A DNA stretch of 64,000 bases, from positions 20,596 to 84,595 of the forward strand of contig CAVSIF010000003.1 of assembly GCA_963728025.1 (NCBI GenBank), in the 5' to 3' direction. Source of the stretch: an uncultured Actinomycetes bacterium (GTDB lineage Bacteria; Actinomycetota; Thermoleophilia; Solirubrobacterales; 70-9). Below the pieces are notes generated by a model that did no database searches, was not told where the DNA came from, and saw only the letters and a list, made by a program, of their open reading frames with translations. The stretch's first letter is position 1. Every line of letters begins with the position of its first letter. A program made the position numbers and the translations under genes. Shown here one piece after another: positions 39,118 to 48,495 of this stretch.

Positions 39118-39372
39118 TCAGCGCAGCTCGTCGAGCGACTTGACCTCGAGGTCGAAGGCCTCGTCGGCGGAGCGGCGGCGGCGGTAGGGGGAGACGGTGA
39201 CGCGGTGGGTTTCGCCGCAGGGGCAGGGGACTTCGACCGGGCGGGTGTCGGAGGAGGGGTCGGTGTCGACTTTGAGGCGGCGCAGGGTGCCGGTCGTTTT
39301 GCAGCCGAAGGAGATCACCCAGCCGTAGTCCTCGCGCTCTTTGCGTTTTCCTTGGCGACGGGGCTGCGGCAT
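39118..39372 (-). CDS. small basic hypothetical protein
   Basis: Start at MPQPRRQGKRKERED. Contains VPCPCGETH. The 5' extension of the listed ORF is implausible. Confidence 0.4.
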   Translation of the reverse strand: MPQPRRQGKRKEREDYGWVISFGCKTTGTLRRLKVDTDPSSDTRPVEVPCPCGETHRVTVSPYRRRRSADEAFDLEVKSLDELR

Positions 39373-39457
39373 GCGCACATCCTCTCTGGTTTGGCGGCGG
39401 GAGGGCGTTCGCCCCCTGCCGCTAAGGGAATTCGATCCGCGGGACGAATAGAGGCGC

Positions 39458-40738
39458 ATGACAAAACACCCGGCGCTTCGCGCCTTCCGCGGGCGCCTGG
39501 CGCCGGCGCTGATCCTCCTGGCCCTGCTCGCCCTCGCCGCTCCGGCGGGCGCCCTGGCCAAGTCGGCGTCCTCTGTCCTCACCTTCAAGACGATGCAGGT
39601 CGGCTCCCCGGCCAACCCGGCGGTCGGCATCGTCCCCTTCACCGACGCGATCTACCGCACCTGCGCGGAAGCGCCGCAGCCGCAGAAGCCGCAGGACCCC
39701 TCCTGCCAGGAAGTCGGCTCGGTCGGCTACGGCTACGGGATCGGCAAGCTCGAGGTGACGGTCGGCCAGTACGTTAAGTTCCTCAACACGGTCGACCCCG
39801 CCGGCCGCAACAGGTACAAGCTCTACAGCGAAAACGAGAGCGGGGCGGCCTGGCCCCGGTTCGGACAGATCGACTACTCGGCGAAGGCGCCCGCCGGCCG
39901 CCACTACTCGGCGGCCGCGCCGGAGTGGCTCGACAAGCCCTACGGCTTTGCCAACTTCCTGCGCTCGGCCCGCTTCGTCAACTCCCTCTACAACGGCAAG
40001 CTGCTCTCCAAGCAGAGCGGGATGGAAGGCCCCTACAGCTACACGACCTACCGCGTGCGCCTCTCGCGCAACACCGAGCGGGGGATGTACGACATGCGGA
40101 AGCCGAAGACGACGCGCACGGCTAAAACCGGCTTCGTCGTCCCCAGCCAGAACGAGTGGATCAAGGCCGCTTACTACGACCCGATGGGCGGCGGCACCTA
40201 CTCCTACTGGCAGTACCCGACCAACCCGGGTGACTTCGGCGACGAAGGCCAGGCGGCTCCCAGGGAAGCCACTCTCGATCCCAAGACCGGCGACGTCACC
40301 AACGCCTCGACCCAGCCGCTGGCGATCTACCACTCGCCGAAAGTCGAAGTGGCGCCGACCTGGTGCCCGTCGAACCAGTCGGCCGCGGCCTGCGAAACCG
40401 TCAACCCGTTCGGCCTCCCGGCCGAAAAGTACGAGCAGGGCTACGCGGGCAGCCTGGGCACGGTCGGGCAGGCGGGGACTCTCGGCCCCTGGGGCACGCT
40501 CGACCAGGGCGGCAACGCGGTCGAGTGGACGGACACGATCACCGCGCCCCCGTTCGGGGTCAAAGGCAAACGCGTCTGGCGACGGCTGCACGGCGGCATC
40601 GCCAACGCGCCCGTCTACCAGCTCTGGCTCTCGGCGGTTGGCCTGCAGCCGCAGGACAACACCTTCTTCACCGCGACCTACCCGTGGCTCGGGATCCGGG
40701 TCGGGGTGGTCGGCGACCTGAAGCTCGGCAAGGGCTGA
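39458..40738 (+). CDS. secreted FGE-sulfatase (SUMF1)-like domain protein
   Basis: Signal peptide. Divergent FGE-type blocks LEVTVGQYVKFLN, SQNEWIKAAYY, GGNAVEWTD and RRLHGG. Same strand as, and two genes upstream of, a Cys-type sulfatase. Confidence 0.6.
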   Translation: MTKHPALRAFRGRLAPALILLALLALAAPAGALAKSASSVLTFKTMQVGSPANPAVGIVPFTDAIYRTCAEAPQPQKPQDPSCQEVGSVGYGYGIGKLEVTVGQYVKFLNTVDPAGRNRYKLYSENESGAAWPRFGQIDYSAKAPAGRHYSAAAPEWLDKPYGFANFLRSARFVNSLYNGKLLSKQSGMEGPYSYTTYRVRLSRNTERGMYDMRKPKTTRTAKTGFVVPSQNEWIKAAYYDPMGGGTYSYWQYPTNPGDFGDEGQAAPREATLDPKTGDVTNASTQPLAIYHSPKVEVAPTWCPSNQSAAACETVNPFGLPAEKYEQGYAGSLGTVGQAGTLGPWGTLDQGGNAVEWTDTITAPPFGVKGKRVWRRLHGGIANAPVYQLWLSAVGLQPQDNTFFTATYPWLGIRVGVVGDLKLGKG

Positions 40739-40775
40739 GTTGGGCGTCCGTGGGGCGGGCTAGGTTTGCCGCCCC

Positions 40776-42197
40776 ATGGACCGCCCGGCACCGCGCTCCC
40801 GCCTCGTCCGCATTTTCGTCGCGCTGACCGCGGCGGTTGTTGTGTTGGCGCTGCCGATGGGGGCGCTCGCGGCGCCGAAGCAGGGGCAGCCCAAGCCGGG
40901 GACGCTGACCCAGCTCGCCGGCAAGCGCGGTTGCCTAGTCGACCGCTCGAAGCCCGCCAAAGGCTGCGGCGCGGCGCGGGCGCTGAAGGGGCCGGGGCCG
41001 TTCATGGGCTCGCGGGCGATCACGGTCAGCCCCGACGGCAGGCACGTCTACGTCGCCGCCTCGAAGAGCGACGCGATCGCGATCTTCTCGCGTGACCGCC
41101 AGACCGGCGTCCTCGCCCAGGCGCCGAAGGCGATGGGCTGTATTGCCGCCAAAGGCGCCGCCGGTTGCGCTCCCGCGATCGGCCTCGACGAACCGAACTC
41201 GGTCGCGATCAGCGCAAACGGGCGCAACCTCTACGCGACCTCGCGCGCCGGCAACTCGCTCTCGAGCTTCGTCCGCAACCCGAAAACCGGGGCGCTGCGG
41301 CAGCTGCCACCGCCACTGGCCGGCTGCATCTCCGGGCTGCCGCTTCCCGGCTGCGCGTCCGGCCTCGCCCTCGTCGCTCCCGACGTCGTCGTCGTCAGCC
41401 CCGACGGCAACAACGTCTACGTCGGCTCCTTCTTCGGCAACGCCGTCGCCGCCTTCGCCCGCAACCCGGCGACCGGAGCGCTGGCGCAGCTCGCCGGCAG
41501 CGCCGCCTGCGTCGCCGAGGCGACCACCGGCTGTGCCACCGGGATCGCGCTGAAAGCGGTCGAGGGCCTGGCGATCAGCGGCAACGGGGCCAGCGTCTAC
41601 GCCGCCACCGCGCTCTCCAACGCGGTGGTGACGCTGTCGCGCAACCCCAGCACCGGCGCCCTCGCCCAGGCGAGCGACGGCAGCGGCTGCATCGTCGAGA
41701 GCGCGCTCACCGGCTGCACCCTGGGCCGGGAGCTGAGCGGCGCCAACGCGGTCGCGGTCAGCCCCGACGGCGACGGGGTCTACGCCACCTCGCTGTTCAG
41801 CAACAGCGTCACCTCCTTCGCCCGCAACGCTTCGAGCGGGGTGCTGACCCAGCGGGAAGGGACCGGCGGCTGCCTGATCTACCTGCGCTCCGCCGGCTGC
41901 TCCTTCGGCCGCGCCCTCGTCGCCCCCGAGGGCCTGGCGCTCTCGCCCGATGGGAAGAACGTCTACATCGCCGCCTTCAAGAGCGGCGCGATCGCCGTGC
42001 TCAACCGCGGCTCGGCCGGCTCGGTCGCGCAGAAGCCGGGCGCCGCCGGCTGCGTCGCGGCGCGCTCCCTCTCCGGCTGCACGGTCGGCCGCGCGTTGAA
42101 GGGCGTCAGCTCTGTCGCGCTCAGCCCCGACGGCCGCCATCTCTACTCGACCGCGTTCGAAAGCGACGCGATCGACGTCTTCAGGAGGAACAAGTGA
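40776..42197 (+). CDS. secreted seven-bladed beta-propeller repeat protein (lactonase/YVTN-like)
   Basis: Signal peptide. Seven ~57-aa repeats of the form GC-x7-10-GC ... SPDG-x-x-VY ... F-x-R-x-x-x-G-x-L. Confidence 0.75.
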   Translation: MDRPAPRSRLVRIFVALTAAVVVLALPMGALAAPKQGQPKPGTLTQLAGKRGCLVDRSKPAKGCGAARALKGPGPFMGSRAITVSPDGRHVYVAASKSDAIAIFSRDRQTGVLAQAPKAMGCIAAKGAAGCAPAIGLDEPNSVAISANGRNLYATSRAGNSLSSFVRNPKTGALRQLPPPLAGCISGLPLPGCASGLALVAPDVVVVSPDGNNVYVGSFFGNAVAAFARNPATGALAQLAGSAACVAEATTGCATGIALKAVEGLAISGNGASVYAATALSNAVVTLSRNPSTGALAQASDGSGCIVESALTGCTLGRELSGANAVAVSPDGDGVYATSLFSNSVTSFARNASSGVLTQREGTGGCLIYLRSAGCSFGRALVAPEGLALSPDGKNVYIAAFKSGAIAVLNRGSAGSVAQKPGAAGCVAARSLSGCTVGRALKGVSSVALSPDGRHLYSTAFESDAIDVFRRNK

Positions 42198-43825
42198 GCA
42201 AGTCGGACGAACGCCCGGACGAGGAGCGCCGGGACGGGCTGACCCGCAAACAGCTGCTCGGGACCGGCGCCAGCGCCGCCGCGGCGGCGCTGCTGGCCCA
42301 GGGCACGGGCGTCGAGCGGGCGCTCGGCGCCAAGAAGGGCGGCCGGCGCGACGTCGCCGGGATGAACATCGTCCTCATCCTCACCGACCAGGAGCGGGCG
42401 ATCCAGCACTTCCCACCGAACTGGCTGCGCCAGAACCTGCCGGGGATGCGGCGGCTGCGCCAGCACGGGGTCAGCTTCGAACGCGCCTTCACCAACGCCT
42501 GCATGTGTTCGCCGGCGCGCTCGACCTTCATGTCCGGCTTCTTCCCCGCCCAGCACGGGGTCAAGTACACGCTCGAGGAAGACATGCCGTTCCCGGAATA
42601 TCCGCACCAGGTGGAACTGCCGCGGCCGCCGGAGCTGCCGAACCTGGCCACGGTGATGCGCGCGGCCGGCTACAACGTCGTCTACAAGGGCAAGTGGCAC
42701 TGCTCGAAGCCGGCGCAGAAGGAAAACGCGCAGCCCTCCGACCTCGAGCGCTACGGCTTCACCCGCTGGAACCCGCCCGACGCGGGCGCCAACCAGAGCG
42801 TCCCCGAGGCCGGCGGCGGCTTCGTCGACAACGACGGGCGCTTCATGGAATCGACCGGCTCAGCGGAGGCGGGGGACGAGGGCGTGATGCAGTACCTCGG
42901 CTCGGCCGCCGCCAAACAGCAGCCCTTCTTCCTGGTGATCTCGCTGGTCAATCCGCACGACGTCCTCTTCTACCCGAGCAAGACCTTCGAAGAAGCCGGC
43001 TACGACGACTCCTGGATCCAGGGCGAGATCGGCGTGCCGGCGACCAACGAAGAAGACCTCTCGACCAAGCCGACGGTGCAGGAACAGTTCCTGAAGATCT
43101 TCAACCTGACCGGCAAGCCGCGGACCGAAAAGGAAAAGCGCGCCTACCTCAACTACTACGGCAACCTGATGCGCTCCTCCGACAACTACATCGTCAACGT
43201 CCTCAACAAACTCGAAGAGGCCGGCCTCTACGACGACACCCTGATCGTGCGCACCGCCGACCACGGCGAGATGGGCCTGACCCACGGCGGCATGCGGCAG
43301 AAGAACTTCAACTTCTACGAGGAGGCGACGCGGGTTCCGCTGGTCTACTCGAACCCGAAGCTGTTCCCGACCCCGCAGAGCACCGACGCGCTGGTCTCCC
43401 ACGTCGACTTCCTGCCGACCCTGGCGAGCCTCGCGCAGGCGCCGAAATCGGCCCGCGCCAACTGGCAGGGGGTGGACTACTCGAAGTTGGTCCTGCAGCC
43501 GAAGAGCGCGAAGCCGGTCCAGGACTACGTCGTCTTCACCTACGACGACTTCCAGTCAGGGCAGGCGAAACCGCCCTACCCGAAACCGCCGAACCACATC
43601 GTCGCGATCCGCGAAGGCCGCTGGAAGCTGGCCCGCTACTACGACGCCAGCAAGAAAAACCCGGTGCCGCCGCAGTGGGAGATGTACGACCTCAAGACCG
43701 ACCCGCTGGAGAAGAAGAACCTCGCCTACGAGGGCTACGAACGCTCCGAGCGCGAGGAGGCCCAGTTTCAGCGCCTGAAACGGAAGCTGGCCCGGGTCGA
43801 AAAGTCACGTCTGAAGCCGCGCTAG
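42194..43825 (+). CDS. Cys-type sulfatase with Tat-like signal
   Basis: GTG overlapping the upstream stop (GTGA), preceded by AGGAGG. CMCSPARSTFMSG (C-x-P-x-R) formylglycine motif. LTDQER and ADHGEMG metal-site blocks. Confidence 0.88.
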   Translation: MSKSDERPDEERRDGLTRKQLLGTGASAAAAALLAQGTGVERALGAKKGGRRDVAGMNIVLILTDQERAIQHFPPNWLRQNLPGMRRLRQHGVSFERAFTNACMCSPARSTFMSGFFPAQHGVKYTLEEDMPFPEYPHQVELPRPPELPNLATVMRAAGYNVVYKGKWHCSKPAQKENAQPSDLERYGFTRWNPPDAGANQSVPEAGGGFVDNDGRFMESTGSAEAGDEGVMQYLGSAAAKQQPFFLVISLVNPHDVLFYPSKTFEEAGYDDSWIQGEIGVPATNEEDLSTKPTVQEQFLKIFNLTGKPRTEKEKRAYLNYYGNLMRSSDNYIVNVLNKLEEAGLYDDTLIVRTADHGEMGLTHGGMRQKNFNFYEEATRVPLVYSNPKLFPTPQSTDALVSHVDFLPTLASLAQAPKSARANWQGVDYSKLVLQPKSAKPVQDYVVFTYDDFQSGQAKPPYPKPPNHIVAIREGRWKLARYYDASKKNPVPPQWEMYDLKTDPLEKKNLAYEGYERSEREEAQFQRLKRKLARVEKSRLKPR

Positions 43826-44673
43826 CGGCTTACCCTCGCGACTGCTTCAGCGGCGGCCACCAGGGAGTTGCGCTCGTTGATCGCATGCCAGTGCAGCTCA
43901 TTCAAGGCCTCATCGACAGCGGCGTGGCTTTGGAGTGCGCCCAGTAGCCAGACGCGGCCGTCTCGCTTCGCACCTGTGTCGTCTTCGAGCGTTTCGCGGG
44001 CAATGAGCTCGTTGGTGACGTCGACGTCCTCCCGTGGCTTCCAGCGCTCGTCGGCGACGAAAAGCCGTCGGACATCGCAAAGCCAGGAGATCCGCCAGCG
44101 AGAGGTTTCCCAGCGGCGGAAGGGGTGCTCGAGTCGCCAGTTGTAGCCGACCGCTCTGCCCGCCCGGACTTTTGGTTCGGCCGCTTCAGACGCACCCCGG
44201 CGTGGATCTTGGGAGACGAATGCCGCGAGGCTCTCGTACTCGATGGCTGAGGCGGGCCGCTGCGGTAAAGCGCGCAGGGCGGCGACCACAGCGGGCTTGC
44301 CGCGCCCTTCCTCGATCTCCGCGTCGACCGCGTCTCGCGCCCGCCATAACCGTTCTCGGATTTCCGATTCGAGCGAAGCAAGCGCCAAGTCGTCCTTGAG
44401 GTGGGGCGAAAGTGCGGCTCTTGCTTTCTCCCGGTTATGGCGCAGATGCCATCGCATGCGCTCGAGGATGCGGAGGTTCAACATCACGTGCCGCTCGTAG
44501 TCGGCGAAAGAGTCGAACCAACTGCGGCGGAACTCGAGCCTCGCGCCGGGCAGCCATTTGTCGACCGCCGGCAATTCAACAAGGCCAAGCCCCTCGCGCT
44601 GGCCTACTCTTCGTCCCGCCTCAAAAGCTTCCTCGAGTTCGGCGTCGTCTGGCACAGGCGTTACCAATACCAC
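43822..44673 (-). CDS. hypothetical protein (283 aa), no recognisable domain
   Basis: Continuous ORF with coding-like but lower third-position G/C than flanking genes. Start uncertain (GTG 44671-44673 lies 2 bp from the divergent gene). Confidence 0.5.
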   Translation of the reverse strand: MVLVTPVPDDAELEEAFEAGRRVGQREGLGLVELPAVDKWLPGARLEFRRSWFDSFADYERHVMLNLRILERMRWHLRHNREKARAALSPHLKDDLALASLESEIRERLWRARDAVDAEIEEGRGKPAVVAALRALPQRPASAIEYESLAAFVSQDPRRGASEAAEPKVRAGRAVGYNWRLEHPFRRWETSRWRISWLCDVRRLFVADERWKPREDVDVTNELIARETLEDDTGAKRDGRVWLLGALQSHAAVDEALNELHWHAINERNSLVAAAEAVARVSR

Positions 44674-44675
44674 TG

Positions 44676-45508
44676 ATGCGGAAGTGGAGTAAATCCCCCG
44701 GAGAGTTCATCTACTGGTCGGAGCGGAAGCTCTACAGCCTTTGTGCGCAGCTAGGTGTGAAGACGGGCTCATGGAGGCCCGAGATGAAAATCGAGACTGG
44801 CGCTGACGTCGGGGTCGGCGTCCCACCGGCCGGGCAGGTGTCTGCCGGGGGCACCGTTCAGGCTTCTCGCGAAGACCCCAACAAGCACCAAAGGCTCGCG
44901 CTCAAGCGACTGGAAAAGGTCGTAGAGAAGCTGGGTGGCGACCGCCTACCGGATCTGGATAGCGCGGAGGTCGAGATCAGGGAGGCCGGTTGGTTCCGGT
45001 TCCATCGCAGGTTGCGATGGGGCGTGGGTCACGCGGACACGACTCCTGCGGTGAAAGCGTTGATTCTGGCCGACGCGGAGCCGGTACGCGACGGCTTGCT
45101 GAGTCCAGGATTGCTCCTGAACGGCTCGATTGCCCATGCCCTCGAGCCATATGCGACCGACAAAATGCGTGCCTCGGAAGGAAGTCGGTCCGGTTCGGCC
45201 ACGGACCGGTTGTTTGAGTGGCTTGACGAGGCCCGTCGTGCCCTGGAGGAGGATCCGGAAGCAGCCCTCGCCGACGTCAAGACTCGATACCTTCGCTCGG
45301 ATCTCCCCCCGAGGGATCCACGCATCGCGTGCGAAATGTACGAGATGTTCGCGCGAGAAACGCCGGACGAGGGCCCTCGGTGCCGCGTTTGCTTGCGGTC
45401 GGCCCGTGTGAAGGCGTCGCGCAAGCGTCCTTCATCGCGACGATGGAAGAAACCACCGTCGTCATGGGCAGTCCGCTCTATGTACGTATGGCCCCTTTGC
45501 CGGACTAG
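44676..45508 (+). CDS. hypothetical protein (~277 aa), no recognisable domain; apparent indel in 45360-45395
   Basis: MRKWSKSPGEFIYWSERKLYSLCAQLGV... The Arg/Ser-rich tail of the listed frame is implausible. The alternative frame gives LLAVGPCEGVAQASFIATMEETTVVMGSPLYVRMAPLPD with stop at 45506-45508. Confidence 0.5.
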
Positions 45509-46260
45509 TCGTACGTCCTGATCATGCGGATGTTGAGCAGCAGGGCGATCACGCCGAGGGCGCCGACGACGGCGAAGCCGGGGAGGATCTTGGACCAGTC
45601 GAGGTCGGTGAGGATGAGGGAGCGCAGGGCCTCCATCAGGTAGGTCACCGGGTTGACGGTGGCCGCCACCTCCATCGGCTCGGTGAGCAGTTCGCGGGGG
45701 ACGAAGTTGGGGGTGAGGAAGAGCAGGGGGAAGAAGATCAGGCCGCCTGAGTTGACCGCCGCGGCGTTGCGGGTTTTGAGCGCGATCAGCTGCATGAAGC
45801 CGGCGTAGACGACGCCCCAGAGGGAGCTGAGGGCGACGATCAGGACGAAGCCGAGGGGGCCGCTGGCGATCTCGATCCCGAAGGGGAGGGCAATCAGCAG
45901 GATCAGCGAGGAGATCACGATCCCCTTCGCGCCCTCGGCGACCAGCCGGCCCAGCACCATCGAGTAGCGCGGGATCGGCATCGCCCGCAGCTTGTCGAAA
46001 TAGCCGCCCTCGATTTCCTCGACCAGGAACAGCGAGGCCATCCCGAACGAGGCCGCCAGCAGCAGGGTGATCGGGAGCTGGAAGGCGCCGTAGCCCTGGC
46101 CCTCGAGGAACCCGGTCGAGTCCGAGGGGAAGATCTCCGCCGCCTGGCCGGTGTTGACGACGAGGAAGAAGATCGGGATGAACATCGTCATGAAGAGGGC
46201 GTCGGGCTGCCGCAGCGCCTCGCGCAGCGAGCGCATCCCAAGCACGATCGTGGCACTCAC
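45505..46260 (-). CDS. ABC-2 type transporter permease
   Basis: 251 aa, six predicted TM helices, 4-nt overlap with the upstream ATPase gene. Confidence 0.85.
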   Translation of the reverse strand: MSATIVLGMRSLREALRQPDALFMTMFIPIFFLVVNTGQAAEIFPSDSTGFLEGQGYGAFQLPITLLLAASFGMASLFLVEEIEGGYFDKLRAMPIPRYSMVLGRLVAEGAKGIVISSLILLIALPFGIEIASGPLGFVLIVALSSLWGVVYAGFMQLIALKTRNAAAVNSGGLIFFPLLFLTPNFVPRELLTEPMEVAATVNPVTYLMEALRSLILTDLDWSKILPGFAVVGALGVIALLLNIRMIRTYD

Positions 46261-47066
46261 GCTCCCACCTCCTGGACCTCGCCGGCGGCGCGGTCGCGGC
46301 TGCGACCGGTGGCGTCGAGGAAGACGTCGTCGAGGGTCACCGCGGCGTCGCCGCGGCGCTCGCTCAGCTCTGCCTTGAGCGCGTCCGGGGTGCCTTCGCG
46401 CACGATCCGGCCGTCGTCGATGATCGCGAGGCGGTCGCAGAGCTGGTCCGCCTCCTCGAGGTACTGCGTGGTCAGGAAGATCGTCGTGCCGCGCTGGTTG
46501 ATCCGGCGCAGCTCCTCCCAGATCGTCAGCCGGCTCGCCGGGTCGAGGCCGGTGGTCGGCTCGTCGAGGAAGAGCACCCGCGGCTCGTGGACGAGGGCGG
46601 CCGCGAGGTCGAGCCGGCGCTGCATCCCGCCGGAATAGCCTTTCGTGACCCGGTCCGCCGCGTCCTCGAGCTCGACCAGCTCGATCAGCTCCTGCGCCCG
46701 CGCGCTGGCCTTCTCCTGGTCGAGCCCGAACAGCCGCCCGTGCAGGGTGAGCAGCTCACGCCCGGTCTGGCGCGGGTCGAGGCCGGCCTCCTGCAGGGCG
46801 ACGCCGATCAGCCGGCGCACCCCGTCGGGGGCCCGCGCGACGTCGATACCGGCCACCTCGGCGCTGCCGGCGGTGATCGTCAACAGCGTCGTCAGCATCC
46901 GCACCGTCGTCGACTTGCCGGCCCCGTTCGGGCCGAGGAAGCCGAAGACCTCGCCCGGCTGGACCTCGAGGTTGACGCCGCGGACGGCTTCGACCGCGTC
47001 GTCGCCACCGTCGTAATGCTTGACGAGCTCGGTCGCTCGCACCGCTGGTTGTCCCTGGCTACTCAT
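46257..47066 (-). CDS. ABC transporter ATP-binding protein (DrrA-like exporter ATPase)
   Basis: Walker A GPNGAGKSTT, signature YSGGMQRRL, Walker B LFLDEPTTGLD. Start at MSSQGQPAV. Confidence 0.88.
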   Translation of the reverse strand: MSSQGQPAVRATELVKHYDGGDDAVEAVRGVNLEVQPGEVFGFLGPNGAGKSTTVRMLTTLLTITAGSAEVAGIDVARAPDGVRRLIGVALQEAGLDPRQTGRELLTLHGRLFGLDQEKASARAQELIELVELEDAADRVTKGYSGGMQRRLDLAAALVHEPRVLFLDEPTTGLDPASRLTIWEELRRINQRGTTIFLTTQYLEEADQLCDRLAIIDDGRIVREGTPDALKAELSERRGDAAVTLDDVFLDATGRSRDRAAGEVQEVGA

Positions 47067-47191
47067 CCTGCTCCTGCTCTGGTTGGGGGAAGCGGTGAAT
47101 CTAACGACCAAGTTTCGCCGGCGCTTCGCAGGGAATGGGAACTCCACGTTCTTCACGAAGGAAGGCCGGCTAGGCGTCTAGGGAGGTTTCA

Positions 47192-48471
47192 GTGAACCGT
47201 TTTGGGCTTGCATTGGCAGCGACCGTGACCGCGCTCGTCCTCGCGCTCGGCGTGGCGGCATGTGGCGATGACGACGACGAAGCCGGGGGAGGTGGCGGCG
47301 GACAGCTCGACCTGACGATCGGCAACCTGGTGCCGCTGACCGGAGACCTCGCCCCCTACGGACCGGCCGGCGAGAAGGCCGGCGACCTGGCGTTGCAGCA
47401 GATCGAGGCGGCGATCAAAGCGACCGGCGCCGACCAGACGGTCGAGCTGGTCACCGAGGACGGCGCCTCCGATGACCAGGGCGGCGTGCAGGCGGCGCGC
47501 AAACTTATCGCCGACGGCGCCACCTGCATCTCCGGCGACTACGCCTCGACCGCCACGGTCTCGGTCGCCCGCTCGGTGACGATCCCCGAGGGCGTGATGC
47601 TGATCTCGCCCGCCTCGACCGCGGACGCCCTCTCCGATCTCGAGGACGACGGCTTGTTCGCCCGCACCGCGCCGCCGGACGGCCTCCAGGGCAAAGCGCT
47701 CGCCGACCGCATGGACCAGGAGCTCGGTGGGCTGCAGGGCAAGACGATCAACATCGGCGCCCGCAACGACCTCTACGGCACCGGCTTCGCCGACTCGCTC
47801 GAGGCGGAACTGGAAGAGCGGGGGGCGACGGTCGCCGAGAAGGTCGTCTACGACCCCGAACAGCCGAGCTACAACTCCGAGGCGGCGCAGCTGACCTCCG
47901 GCAACCCCGACAACTTCGTGATCATCGACTTCCCGGAAACGTTCGCGAAGCTGGGCCCGGCGCTGGCCCGCACCGGCAACTGGGAGCCGTCCCAGACCTT
48001 CATCACCGACGGCCTCAGCTCGACCGACCTGACCGAACTGCTCGGCGCCGAGGCGACCGAGGGGATGCTCGGGACCGCGCCGGGGACCTTCTGCCGGCGA
48101 AGCCCCCGACGCGTTCGACGCGCTCTACACGAAAGCGCCGGGGCCGGACCGCAACCTCTTCGACGCGACCACCTTCGACGATGTGATCCTCTGTTACCTG
48201 GGCGCGGTCGCGGCTGGGTCCAGCGACGGCGACGCGATCGCCGAGGCGATCGTCGACGTCACCGCTCCCGGCGGCGCAGAAGTACACCTTCGAGCAGCTG
48301 CCGGAGGCGGTCGAAGCGCTCGAAAGCGGCGAGGACATCGACTACGAAGGCGCTTCGGGGCCGGTCGACTGGGACGAGAACGGTGACCTCAGCCGCTACA
48401 TCTACGACATCTCCGAATTCAAAGGCGGCAAACTGGAGAAAGTCGACACGGTCGAGGTGAAAGCCGAATAG
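47192..48471 (+). CDS. branched-chain amino-acid ABC transporter substrate-binding lipoprotein (LivJ/K-like); two apparent indels (~48089 and ~48272)
   Basis: Lipobox LALGVAAC and periplasmic-binding-protein type I layout. SAGEAPDAFDALYTKAPG...VILCYLGAVAAG and then KYTFEQLPEAVEALESGEDIDYEGASGPVDWDENGD...VKAE each continue in shifted frames. Confidence 0.8.
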
Positions 48472-48495
48472 CGCGACGCTCGGAGGACGAGCCGG

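Noticed and set aside
39421-39445. GGGAATTCGATCCGCGGGAC as a possible att-type repeat of the tRNA-His T-arm (GCGGGTTCGAATCCCGT), marking the far end of the island.
   Set aside because: Only a short, gapped resemblance around TTCGA(A)TCC. It is not distinguishable from chance without an alignment score or comparative evidence.
44412-44675. N-terminal 88-aa extension of the plus-strand orphan ORF (listed start 44412).
   Set aside because: The extension is Arg/Ser/Ala-rich and lies antisense to the better-supported minus-strand ORF. The first ATG with a plausible sequence is 44676.
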